64,000 nt of DNA, taken from contig CAJBVW010000293.1 of NCBI GenBank assembly GCA_903959175.1, positions 2,015 to 66,014 of the forward strand, read 5' to 3'. Position 1 is the stretch's first letter, and every line of letters begins with the position of its first letter. This stretch comes from an uncultured Pseudomonadota bacterium. Its GTDB lineage: Bacteria > Myxococcota_A > UBA796 > SXON01. This document shows, in pieces, positions 8,442 to 17,295 of the stretch. The notes under the pieces were generated by a model. It saw only the letters and a program-made list of their open reading frames with translations, was not told where the DNA came from and made no database searches. A program made the position numbers and the translations under genes.

Positions 8442-10487
8442 ATGCACCTCCTCTTCCTGCTCCTCGCCTGCACGTCCGACGACAAGCCGAACGAGGACAC
8501 CGCGCCCGCGGACCCCGACACGGACACCGACACCGACACGGACATCGATCACGACACCGATCCGGTCGACGCGGACCTCGACGGCTTCGACTCCTCCATC
8601 GACTGCAACGACGCGGACGCCACGATCAACCAGGGCGCGGCCGAGGCCTGCGACGGGATCGACAACGACTGCGACGAGTTCGTCGACGAGGACTTCGACC
8701 AGGACGACGACGGCGCGCTGACGACCGACGGCTGCGCCACCGGCACCGACTGCGACGACACGAACGACGACATCGGCCCCGGCGAAGCGGACGTGCCCTA
8801 CGACGCGGTCGACCAGGACTGCAGCGGCGCGGACCTCACCGACGTCGACGGCGACGGCGTGGACGGCGGCACTGGCCCCGACTGTGACGACGCCGACGCC
8901 ACCGTGGCTCCCGGCGCCCCCGAGATCGCGAAGGACGGCATCGACCAGGACTGCGACGGCGTCGACAGCCTCGACAGCGACGCCGACGGCGCCGACGACA
9001 GCGACTTCGGCGGAGACGACTGCGACGACGCCGATCCCGCCGTGCGCCCCGGCGCGCGCGACTACTGGAACGACGGCCTGGACAGCGACTGCGACGGCGC
9101 GGACACCACCGCCGCCGCCCTCGAGGACGCGCCCGTCACCATCAGCGGCGACGCCGGCTCCCAGGACCTCGTCGGCCAGGACGTCGCCCTCTGCGACCTC
9201 GACGGCGACACGCTCCTCGACCTCGTGGTGACCGCCCCGTTCGGCGAGAGCTACCTCGGCCAGGTCGGGATCTGGTACGGCGACGGCGCCGCCTCCTGGG
9301 GCCCCGGTATGCTCATCGACGACGCCGACACGCTCATCCAGAGCTCCGAGATGTTCCTCGGCTTCGACATCGGCTGCGAGGACCTCGACGGCGACGGCTT
9401 CGACGACCTCGTGACCGGCCGCGGCGAGATCAACGCGTCGCCGTACCTCGCCAGCTTCGAGCTGGTGATCTGGTACGGGGACGGCGCGAAGTTCGGCGCC
9501 GCGCTCTCCGAGGCCGACAGCGACGCGACCCTCGAGATGGCGCTCGGCGCGCCGCTCTACGCGTACAACGTCTACGGCCGGAACCTCACCGTGGCGGACC
9601 TCGACGACGACGGCGCGGCCGAGATCGTGCTGCCCAACGCCGCCGACGACAACCTCGCCTACGCGGACGACCGCTTCTACGTCCTCCCCGGCGGGCGCTA
9701 CGCCGGCACCCTCCAGCTCGTCGACGAGGCCTCGGCCGCGATCGACGGGCAGGGCGTGGACAACGCGGTCGCCCTGCCGGACCTCGACGGCGACGGCGCC
9801 GCCGACCTGCTCCTCGGCGAGTCCGCCTACACCGTCGTCGTCGACCTCGACGACACCTACCCGGGCCGGGCGTCCATCGTCTCGGCCGGCGCGCTCGCCG
9901 ACGGCGCGGTGACCGACCTCCGCTACGGCGGCTGGCAGGGGGCCGCGTCCGAGCAGCTCGGCAACGACGGCACCGTCGGAGACTTCGACGGTGACGGCCT
10001 CCTCGACCTCGCCGTGGGCGCCTTCCAGGAGTCCACCAACGCCGACGCGGCCGGCGCGCTCTACCTCTTCTCGCCCGCCGAGGCCGCCGTGCCCGCGGAC
10101 GGCCTCTCCTCCGAAGGCGTGGCGATGCTCGGCACGGGCGAGCTCGGCTGGCTCGGCTTCCGCAGCGAGAACGTCGGCGACCTCGACGGGGACGGCGCGG
10201 ACGACCTGCTCGTCTCCGAGCCCTACGGATCGGAGTCCGACGCGTCCGCGTACTACGGGCGGATCTGGCTCGTGTCCGGCGCGGAGGCCGTCGGCGGCGC
10301 GTCCCTCGAGGACGCCGCGCTGCTCGCCTGGTCGGGCGAGTCCGTGTACTCGACCCCCGGCCTCACCATGGCCGTGGGCGACATCGACGCCGACGGCGAG
10401 GTCGACTTCGTCGTCGGCGCCTACGGCTACTCGGAGGACGGCATCCAGGCGAACGGCAAGGTCTACCTCCTCCTCAGCGGGTCGTAG
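8442..10487 (+). CDS. Lipoprotein with MopE-type metal-binding-motif repeats and FG-GAP (integrin-alpha-like) repeats
   Basis: The N-terminus is MHLLFLLLAC, followed by a D-T linker. CDDxD..I.PGA.E..DG(I/V)DQDCDG units are followed by repeated DLDGDG / GD(F/I)DGDG FG-GAP calcium loops. Confidence 0.8.
   Translation: MHLLFLLLACTSDDKPNEDTAPADPDTDTDTDTDIDHDTDPVDADLDGFDSSIDCNDADATINQGAAEACDGIDNDCDEFVDEDFDQDDDGALTTDGCATGTDCDDTNDDIGPGEADVPYDAVDQDCSGADLTDVDGDGVDGGTGPDCDDADATVAPGAPEIAKDGIDQDCDGVDSLDSDADGADDSDFGGDDCDDADPAVRPGARDYWNDGLDSDCDGADTTAAALEDAPVTISGDAGSQDLVGQDVALCDLDGDTLLDLVVTAPFGESYLGQVGIWYGDGAASWGPGMLIDDADTLIQSSEMFLGFDIGCEDLDGDGFDDLVTGRGEINASPYLASFELVIWYGDGAKFGAALSEADSDATLEMALGAPLYAYNVYGRNLTVADLDDDGAAEIVLPNAADDNLAYADDRFYVLPGGRYAGTLQLVDEASAAIDGQGVDNAVALPDLDGDGAADLLLGESAYTVVVDLDDTYPGRASIVSAGALADGAVTDLRYGGWQGAASEQLGNDGTVGDFDGDGLLDLAVGAFQESTNADAAGALYLFSPAEAAVPADGLSSEGVAMLGTGELGWLGFRSENVGDLDGDGADDLLVSEPYGSESDASAYYGRIWLVSGAEAVGGASLEDAALLAWSGESVYSTPGLTMAVGDIDADGEVDFVVGAYGYSEDGIQANGKVYLLLSGS
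8511..8561 (+). repeat. (GAC-ACN)n tract encoding DPDTDTDTDTDIDHDTD
   Basis: Read directly. It begins 9 residues (27 nt) after the lipobox Cys. Confidence 0.8.
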
Positions 10488-10493
10488 CGTCGG

Positions 10494-11834
10494 ATGGAGT
10501 GGACACGTCTCCTGACGCCGAAGCGCCTCGGTCGCGACGACCAGGGCGGCAAGGCCGGGCACACCTCGTTCGAGCGGGACTTCGACCGCGTGCTGTTCTC
10601 GCGCCCCTTCCGGCGGCTCCAGGACAAGACGCAGGTGTTCCCGATGCCGGTGAACGACCACATCCACAACCGGATGACGCACAGCCTCGAGGTCGCGAGC
10701 GTCGGGCGTTCGCTCGGCAAGCGCGCGGGCTACGCCGTGCTGGAGCGGCATCCGGAGCTGTGCGACTACAACGCCGCGGATCTCGGGGACATCGTCGCCG
10801 CGGCGTGCCTGATGCACGACCTCGGCAACCCGCCCTTCGGGCACGCGGGAGAGGACGCCATCGGCGCCTGGTTCCGCGAGGCGGACGGGCGGGGCGCCCT
10901 CGCCGAGATGTCGGCTGCGGAGCGGTCGGACCTCTGCCACTTCGAGGGGAACGCCCAGACCTTCCGCATCGTCTCCCGCCTCGAGAACCACCCCGGCCAG
11001 GGCGGCATGCAGCTCACCCACGCCACGCTCGCGGCGGTGGTGAAGTACCCGCAGCCTTCCTCGGAGCGGAAGGTGCGCGCGGGCGTCGCCCACAAGAAGT
11101 TCAACTACTTCCAGGCGGAGTCCGCGCTGTTCGCCGAGGTGGCCGACGCCGTTGGCCTGCGGAGCGTCGCCCCCGGCGTGTGGCTGCGGCACCCGCTCGC
11201 GTGGCTGGTCGAGGCCGCGGACGACATCTGCTTCCACATCCTCGACGCGGAGGACGGCTACCTGCTCGGCCTCTTCGGCTACGAGGAGATCCGCGCGCTC
11301 TTCGACCCCCTCGCGGGCGGGGAGCCCCCGATGACGGACGAGCGCGCCAGCGTCGGGTGGCTCCGCGCCAAGGCGATCGGCAAGCTCGTGGACGAGTGCG
11401 TCGCGACGTTCCTCGCCGCGGAGGACGCCCTCCTCGGTGACGGCCTCGGTGACGGCCTCGCGCGGCCGCTCGCCGACCAGATCCCCTCCGCCGCGGCCCT
11501 CGCGCGCGTCGGCACCCAGTCGCGGGCCCGCTGCTACAAGGCCCCCGAGGTGCTCCGCGTCGAGCTCGCCGGCTACCGCGTCCTCGGCGAGCTACTCGGG
11601 CTGTTCGTGCCTGCGGCCCTCTCCGGCGGCGTCACCACTCGTGAGGCGAAGGTGCTCGATCTGCTGCCCGCGGCGGTGCGCGCCGGGGCCACGCCCTACG
11701 CGCGCGCGCTCGCTGTCACCGACTACGTCGCCGGGATGACCGACGGCTTCGCGGTGCGGACCTACCGCGAGCTGACCGGCGCGGCGCTGCCGGAGATCAC
11801 CGGGCGGCACCGCGGGCGGATGACGACGTACTGA
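10494..11834 (+). CDS. dgt: dGTP triphosphohydrolase-like HD-domain protein
   Basis: It has FERDFDRVLFSRPFRRLQDKTQVF and HNRMTHSLEVASVGRSLG (the HD motif), and is 446 aa long. Confidence 0.85.
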   Translation: MEWTRLLTPKRLGRDDQGGKAGHTSFERDFDRVLFSRPFRRLQDKTQVFPMPVNDHIHNRMTHSLEVASVGRSLGKRAGYAVLERHPELCDYNAADLGDIVAAACLMHDLGNPPFGHAGEDAIGAWFREADGRGALAEMSAAERSDLCHFEGNAQTFRIVSRLENHPGQGGMQLTHATLAAVVKYPQPSSERKVRAGVAHKKFNYFQAESALFAEVADAVGLRSVAPGVWLRHPLAWLVEAADDICFHILDAEDGYLLGLFGYEEIRALFDPLAGGEPPMTDERASVGWLRAKAIGKLVDECVATFLAAEDALLGDGLGDGLARPLADQIPSAAALARVGTQSRARCYKAPEVLRVELAGYRVLGELLGLFVPAALSGGVTTREAKVLDLLPAAVRAGATPYARALAVTDYVAGMTDGFAVRTYRELTGAALPEITGRHRGRMTTY

Positions 11835-11876
11835 ACGCCTGTACAAGCGGCGGGCGGTGCGTTACGGCGCGCGGCC

Positions 11877-13979
11877 ATGTCCGAGCTGCCCGAACTCCCC
11901 GCCCTCGTCGCCGAGGAGACCGCGATCATCGCCCGCGTGGTGCCGCGCATCCGGGCCCTCCAGTCGGAGGACGGCGAGCGCGAGCGCTCCCTCGTCGAGC
12001 GGGCGCGGGAGCTCCACCGGCAGTGGACGGACGCCCGCGGTGACCCCGCGCAGCGCGTCGCCTTCGAGGAGGCGTTGGAGGAGGGCAAGCGCGCGCTCGA
12101 CTCGCACCGCACGGCGCGGCGCTCGCGGGATCTCCCGGTGGGGACACCGTACTTCGCGCGGATGGTGCTCCAGGAGGGGGAGCGTCGGCAGGAGGTCCTG
12201 CTTGGCAAGGTCGGCGTGGTCGAGCGCGGCGTCGCCATCAGCGACTGGCGGGACGCCCCCATCAGCCAGCTCTACTACACGTACGAAGAAGGCGAGGAGT
12301 TCGAGGAGGAGATCGGCGGGCGCACCCGGCAGGGCGTGCTCGCGGTGCGGCGGCGGGTGGACATCCGCGAGGGCGTCCTGGTCGAGGTGCAGGGCGGCGC
12401 CGTGACCCTGCGCATGCGGCCAGACGGCAGCTACGCCGTGCCCGGGAGCAGCCGCGCGGAGAAGGACGACCACCGCCTCCCCGACATCGTCTCCCTCATC
12501 ACGCGAGACCAATTCCAGGTCATCGCGCGGCCCACCGCGGGCGTCGTGCTCCTGCGCGGGCGCGCCGGCTCCGGCAAGACGACGGTGGCCCTCCATCGTA
12601 TCGCATACCTGCACTTCCAGGACCCCCAGCGCTTCCGCCCCGAGCGCATGCTCGTGGTGATGTTCAACAAGGCGCTCCAGACCTACATCTCCCGCGTGCT
12701 CCCCGAGCTGGGGGTGCGCGGCGTGCCGGTGGAGACCTTCCACGGCTGGGCCCGGCGCATCCTCCGCAGCGGCGGCATCGCGCTCGAGATGCGCGCGTCC
12801 TCGCCCGCGGTCGCCAAGCTCAAGCGGCACCCCGCCGTCGGCGCGCTCCTCGCCGCGCACGTCGCGCGCCTGGGGGACAAGAGCGCCGCGTGGGTGCGCG
12901 AGCAGGTGGGGGAGGGCGGCGCCGCCACCTGGGACGCCACGCCCGGGCCCCCGGGCGCCGGTCGCGGCCTCGCGCGCATCGCCGCCTTCCGCAAGCGCCA
13001 CCCCGGCGCGTGGTGGGCCCGCCTGCGGACGCGGCTGATGGACCACACCAAGGACCTCTGGACCTTGTTCGAGGACGACGCCCTCTGCCGCGAGGTCCTG
13101 CCCGACTCCGTGTGGTCCGCCCTGCCCGCCGCGCGCCGCCACCAGGCCGCGTGCGCCGAGGAGGGTGTGCTCGACTGGGAGGACGCCGCCTTGCTCCTCC
13201 GCCTCGGCCAGCTCAAGCACCAGGCGGACGGCGAGCTCCCGTGCCCCTGGGCCGGTATCTACGCCCACCTCGTCATCGACGAGGCGCAGGACCTCTCCAC
13301 CGTCGAGATCGAGTCCCTGGTGGACGCCGTGGACGCCGGCCGCTCCGTCACCATCGCCGGCGACCCCGCCCAGAAGATCCTGCAGGACGCGCAATTCGAG
13401 GGCTTCGAGCAGCTCCTCCGCCGCCTCACCGGGCAGGTCGAGGTGCGGCTGGACGCCCTCGCCGTCGGCCACCGCTCGACGCGGCCGATCATGTCGCTCG
13501 CCATCGCCGCGCTCGGCCAGGGCCCCTCGGCGGACCCCGCGGTCATCGCCGCGCGCGACGGCGAGCCCGTCGAGTGGATCGAGGGAGACGACGCCACCCT
13601 CCTCGGGCAGGTGGCCGCCGCCCTCGCGCGCTTCCGCGAGGCCCGCCCCACCGCGCTCGTCGCGGTGCTCGCGAAGGGGAAGACCACCGCCGACCAGTGG
13701 GCGCGCCGGCTCGAAGCGGCCGGGGTCGCGGGGGTGCGCCGGGCGGCTCGGGCGGACTTCTCCTTCCAGCCGGGCGTCGTCGTGAGCAACGTCCACCAGG
13801 TCAAGGGCCTCGAGTTCGACGGCGTCGTGCTCATCGAGCCCGCCGAGTTCACCGAGGCCGACAAGCAGCTGCTCCACGTGGCCATCACCCGCGCCGCGGA
13901 CCGCCTGTGGATCGTGGCCGGGCGGGGGAGGGGGCGGCTCGCGGCGCGCACACCGGAAGAATCGGCCTCGCCGTTATAG
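11877..13979 (+). CDS. helD: UvrD-like superfamily-1 helicase of the HelD / helicase IV type
   Basis: The N-terminal arm has PYFARM...LLGK...ISDWRDAPISQLYY. Walker A is GRAGSGKTT, motif II is LVIDEAQDLS, and the C-terminus has VHQVKGLEFDGVVL. Confidence 0.75.
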   Translation: MSELPELPALVAEETAIIARVVPRIRALQSEDGERERSLVERARELHRQWTDARGDPAQRVAFEEALEEGKRALDSHRTARRSRDLPVGTPYFARMVLQEGERRQEVLLGKVGVVERGVAISDWRDAPISQLYYTYEEGEEFEEEIGGRTRQGVLAVRRRVDIREGVLVEVQGGAVTLRMRPDGSYAVPGSSRAEKDDHRLPDIVSLITRDQFQVIARPTAGVVLLRGRAGSGKTTVALHRIAYLHFQDPQRFRPERMLVVMFNKALQTYISRVLPELGVRGVPVETFHGWARRILRSGGIALEMRASSPAVAKLKRHPAVGALLAAHVARLGDKSAAWVREQVGEGGAATWDATPGPPGAGRGLARIAAFRKRHPGAWWARLRTRLMDHTKDLWTLFEDDALCREVLPDSVWSALPAARRHQAACAEEGVLDWEDAALLLRLGQLKHQADGELPCPWAGIYAHLVIDEAQDLSTVEIESLVDAVDAGRSVTIAGDPAQKILQDAQFEGFEQLLRRLTGQVEVRLDALAVGHRSTRPIMSLAIAALGQGPSADPAVIAARDGEPVEWIEGDDATLLGQVAAALARFREARPTALVAVLAKGKTTADQWARRLEAAGVAGVRRAARADFSFQPGVVVSNVHQVKGLEFDGVVLIEPAEFTEADKQLLHVAITRAADRLWIVAGRGRGRLAARTPEESASPL

Positions 13980-13985
13980 AATCCC

Positions 13986-15350
13986 GTGTCTACCCTCCCG
14001 CGGGAGGCGGCCGGCATGACGGAATTGGACGCGATCGCGGCGCTGCGCGGCGCCGCGCATCCCATCGTCGGGACGCACGACGACTACGACCCGATGCTCG
14101 AGGACCTCGCGCAGGCCCGCTTCGTGCTCCTCGGCGAGGCCACGCACGGCACCCACGAGTTCTACCGGGAGCGCTCGCGCATCACGCGCCGGCTCATCAC
14201 GCGGCACGGCTTCGTGGGCGTCGCGGCCGAGGCCGACTGGCCCGACGCCTCGCGCGTCCACCGCTACGTCACCGGGCGCGGCGACGACACCGACGCCGTC
14301 GACGCCCTCGGCGACTTCGAGCGCTTCCCCGCCTGGATGTGGCGCAACGCGGACATGCTCGACTTCGTCGGCTGGCTCCGGGAGCACCACGAGCGGCAGA
14401 AGGGTGCGGCGTCCGCCGGCTTCTTCGGGCTCGACCTCTACAGCCTGCACCGCTCCGCGAACGCCGTCCTCGGCTACCTCGCCCAGGTCGACCCGGAGGC
14501 CGTCCCGCGCGCCCGCGCGCTGTACGCCTGCCTCGACCAGGCCGGGGCGGACCCCCAGAAGTACGGCCTCGGCGCCGTCCTCGGGGTCACGCCCTCCTGC
14601 GAGGACGCCGTGGTGCGGATCCTGGAGGAGCTGCGCGCGCGGCGGCCGCGCCTCGTCGGCGCGGGCGGCCCGGACGCGGAGGAGGCGTTCTTCTACGCGG
14701 AGCAGAACGCGAAGATCGCCCGGGACGCCGAGGCCTACTACCGCGGCATGTTCCGGCGCCGCGTGAACACCTGGAACCTGCGCGACACCCACATGGTGGA
14801 GACCCTCTCGTCCCTCTCCGCGCACCTCGAGCGCACGCTCGGGCGCCCCGCGCGCCTCGTGGTGTGGGCGCACAACTCGCACTGCGGCGACGCCCGCGCC
14901 ACGCAGGTCTCCGCGCAGGGCGAGGTCAACATCGGCCAGCTCGCGCGCGAGCGCTGGGGCGACCAGGTGCGGCTCGTCGGCTTCACCACGAACACGGGCA
15001 CCGTCACCGCCGCGTCCACCTGGGGCGGCCCAGCGGAGCGCAAGCGCGTGCGGCCGGCGCGCGCGGACAGCTGGGAGGCGCTCCTCCATCGCGTCGGGCG
15101 CGGGCGGTACTGGATCGACACCCGCGACCCGCATGTGCGCCCCGCGCTCGAAGGCGAGCGCCTCGCCCGCGCCATCGGCGTGCTCTACCTCCCGGAGACC
15201 GAGCGCCAGAGCCACTACTACGGCGTCCGCCTCGCCGAACAGTTCGACTACGTCCTGCACTTCGACCACACGCGCGCGGTCGAGCCGCTGGAGCGCACCT
15301 CCCAGTGGGAGATGGGCGAGCTCCCGGAGACCTTCCCCAGCGCGCTCTGA
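13986..15350 (+). CDS. Erythromycin esterase (Ere) family protein
   Basis: It has LGEATHGTHEFYRERSRITRRLI, VWAHNSHCGD and other family blocks. Length is 454 aa. Confidence 0.8.
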   Translation: MSTLPREAAGMTELDAIAALRGAAHPIVGTHDDYDPMLEDLAQARFVLLGEATHGTHEFYRERSRITRRLITRHGFVGVAAEADWPDASRVHRYVTGRGDDTDAVDALGDFERFPAWMWRNADMLDFVGWLREHHERQKGAASAGFFGLDLYSLHRSANAVLGYLAQVDPEAVPRARALYACLDQAGADPQKYGLGAVLGVTPSCEDAVVRILEELRARRPRLVGAGGPDAEEAFFYAEQNAKIARDAEAYYRGMFRRRVNTWNLRDTHMVETLSSLSAHLERTLGRPARLVVWAHNSHCGDARATQVSAQGEVNIGQLARERWGDQVRLVGFTTNTGTVTAASTWGGPAERKRVRPARADSWEALLHRVGRGRYWIDTRDPHVRPALEGERLARAIGVLYLPETERQSHYYGVRLAEQFDYVLHFDHTRAVEPLERTSQWEMGELPETFPSAL

Positions 15351-15383
15351 CCGGGGCACCGGGCGCTCTGACCGGGGCGCCGG
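15342..15383. repeat. 2 x 21-nt tandem direct repeat spanning the stop codon of the esterase gene
   Basis: The first copy gcgctctgaccggggcaccgg is followed by gcgctctgaccggggcgccgg, with one mismatch. Confidence 0.9.
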
Positions 15384-15403
15384 CCGACCGGCGCTCCGTC
15401 CCC

Positions 15404-15592
15404 CTACGCGTCCACCGGCGCCGGCAGCAGCTGCTTCTCGACCTTGCGCAGCAGGTCGCGGATGGCCTTGAGCTCCTCGCGGAACGCGAGCAGGTCCGTC
15501 GCCGAGATCTGCTGGCCGAGCTCGCCGATGTAGTTCTGGAGCGCGACGTGGAGGCGCTCGGCCTCCTCTTCGTTCAGCTCGATGCGAATCAT
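15404..15592 (-). CDS. Small (62 aa) helical protein of unknown function
   Basis: ATG (cat at 15590-15592) is preceded on the minus strand by GGAGGAGGAGG. It lies 56 nt downstream of the glycosyltransferase-like gene, and its composition looks coding. Confidence 0.5.
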   Translation of the reverse strand: MIRIELNEEEAERLHVALQNYIGELGQQISATDLLAFREELKAIRDLLRKVEKQLLPAPVDA

Positions 15593-15648
15593 GGTCCCCT
15601 CCTCCTCCAAGCTACGCGCGGGGAGGTGCCGACGGCGGGGGCCGCCGG

Positions 15649-17205
15649 TCACGGCATGTCGGGCGCGCCGCCCTCCGCGTCCTCCTCGCCTTCCCCGCCC
15701 ACTTCGGCGGCGGGCGCCGGCGCGTCGACGTCCCCCGCGAGCTTCGGGTGCCACACCATCCCGAAGCGCACGTCCCAGCCCGTGCGCGTCCGGAACGGCT
15801 TCGCGGCGAGCGCGCCCGCGCGGGTGTAGTGCTCGTTCAGGCCGTGCCCGAGCTTCTCGTCCGCGGTCACGATGGTCGCCCAGTGCCCGTCCGCCATGGC
15901 GCGGTCGACCACGCCGGAGGCCTTGCGGAGCGGGCCCTTCTCCTTGTCGACGTCCCAGAGGGAGATCAGCGAGAAGGAGGGTTCGTGGCCGGCCATCACC
16001 GGGTACCACGGCCCGTGCGGCATGAGCACCGGCCCGGGGAGCGCACGGAGCTCCTCGACCAGGGCGGCGGCGTTGCGGGCGTCGGCGTCCGTCGGGAGGT
16101 ACTTCTTCTTCAGGGGGACCCGACCCTCCCAGAGCTGCGCCGCGACGAGCGCCGCGAAGGCGTGCGGCACCCAGGCCCGCCACCCGTCGTCACGCGCAAG
16201 TCCGCGCTCGGACAGGACCGCCGCGAGGGGCAGGAGCCAGAACATCGGGATCAGCACGTTCACGTAGCCGCCCGTGTGCCCCCGCATCAGCGCGGTCATC
16301 ACCAGCCCTGCCACCATCGCCCCGCCCCAGTACGCCCCGCCCCGCGTGCGCGCCCACGCCCAGACCGTCGCGACCGCGGCCGTCGCCACGAAGGGGAGCG
16401 CCCGCCAGATCTCCGCCTGCGCCCCCTGGATCCGCCCGGCCTTGTCCAGGTTGGGCAGGGCGCGCTCCAACACCATGCCGTGGTACGCGGGCACCTCGAG
16501 CAGGTACGTGAGGAACAGCCCGCCCGTGTAGACCTGCATCCCGACGGTGAACGCGAGGGCCGGACCCGCGCTCGCCGCGACGAAGGCCGTCGCGTCCCTC
16601 ACGCCCAGCGTGCGCCAGCGCCAGATCGCGATGGGCAGGCCGAACAGCGCCATGTTGTGTTTGGCGGTGAACGCGACCGCCAACAACAGTCCGCTCGCGA
16701 CGGCGGCCGCGCGTGTCTCCCGGCGGCCGACCACCAGCGCCGCCCCGGTGAGCATGAGCGCGAGGGAGTCGATGCGGACGAGATCGTAGAAGGTCCCGCC
16801 CTCCTCGTAGCAGCCGAGGAACAGCGCGCCGACGCCCACCGCGATGGGCCAGCGGGCGCCCTCGTTCCGGGCCCCGACGACCAGCAGGGCCGTCGCGACG
16901 GCCGTACACACGATCGACACGCCGCGGCCCAGCCCGTAGCCGATCGGGAACAGGTGCGAGAGCGCGCCGAGCACCCACGCGTACAGCGGCGGGTAGATGA
17001 ACGGCACGTAGTCGGCCGAGGGCGCCGTGTAGAACGGCAGCCCTTGCGACGCGCGGAGGCCCGTCACGAGGGTCGCGCCCTCCATCCACTCGAGGTCGAA
17101 GTTGGCGCCGAAGCGGACGGACATCGCGATCGCGATGTCGACGACCTGCCAGGTGGCCAGGGCCACGACCACGGCTTCGAGGAAGAGGCGAAGGGAGCGG
17201 TTCAC
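15649..17205 (-). CDS. Polytopic membrane glycosyltransferase-like protein (GT39/GT83, ArnT/PMT-like fold)
   Basis: There are about 12 predicted TM helices, an early loop YVPFIYPPLYAWVLG, and a soluble C-terminal part. The assignment rests on architecture only. Confidence 0.5.
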   Translation of the reverse strand: MNRSLRLFLEAVVVALATWQVVDIAIAMSVRFGANFDLEWMEGATLVTGLRASQGLPFYTAPSADYVPFIYPPLYAWVLGALSHLFPIGYGLGRGVSIVCTAVATALLVVGARNEGARWPIAVGVGALFLGCYEEGGTFYDLVRIDSLALMLTGAALVVGRRETRAAAVASGLLLAVAFTAKHNMALFGLPIAIWRWRTLGVRDATAFVAASAGPALAFTVGMQVYTGGLFLTYLLEVPAYHGMVLERALPNLDKAGRIQGAQAEIWRALPFVATAAVATVWAWARTRGGAYWGGAMVAGLVMTALMRGHTGGYVNVLIPMFWLLPLAAVLSERGLARDDGWRAWVPHAFAALVAAQLWEGRVPLKKKYLPTDADARNAAALVEELRALPGPVLMPHGPWYPVMAGHEPSFSLISLWDVDKEKGPLRKASGVVDRAMADGHWATIVTADEKLGHGLNEHYTRAGALAAKPFRTRTGWDVRFGMVWHPKLAGDVDAPAPAAEVGGEGEEDAEGGAPDMP

Positions 17206-17295
17206 CGCGCGGCCCTAACCCGCGGATCGATCTCTCCCAGCCCTGTAAGCGCGCGTCCGGCGCCGTCGTTCCGGTGGCGTACCATCGGAGCCCCC

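Noticed and set aside
7764-11237. 1157-aa minus-strand ORF
   Set aside because: It is antisense to arsH, the FG-GAP lipoprotein gene and dgt, all of which carry strong family motifs. Its composition (V/G/A/R/D runs) mirrors the Asp-rich sense strand.
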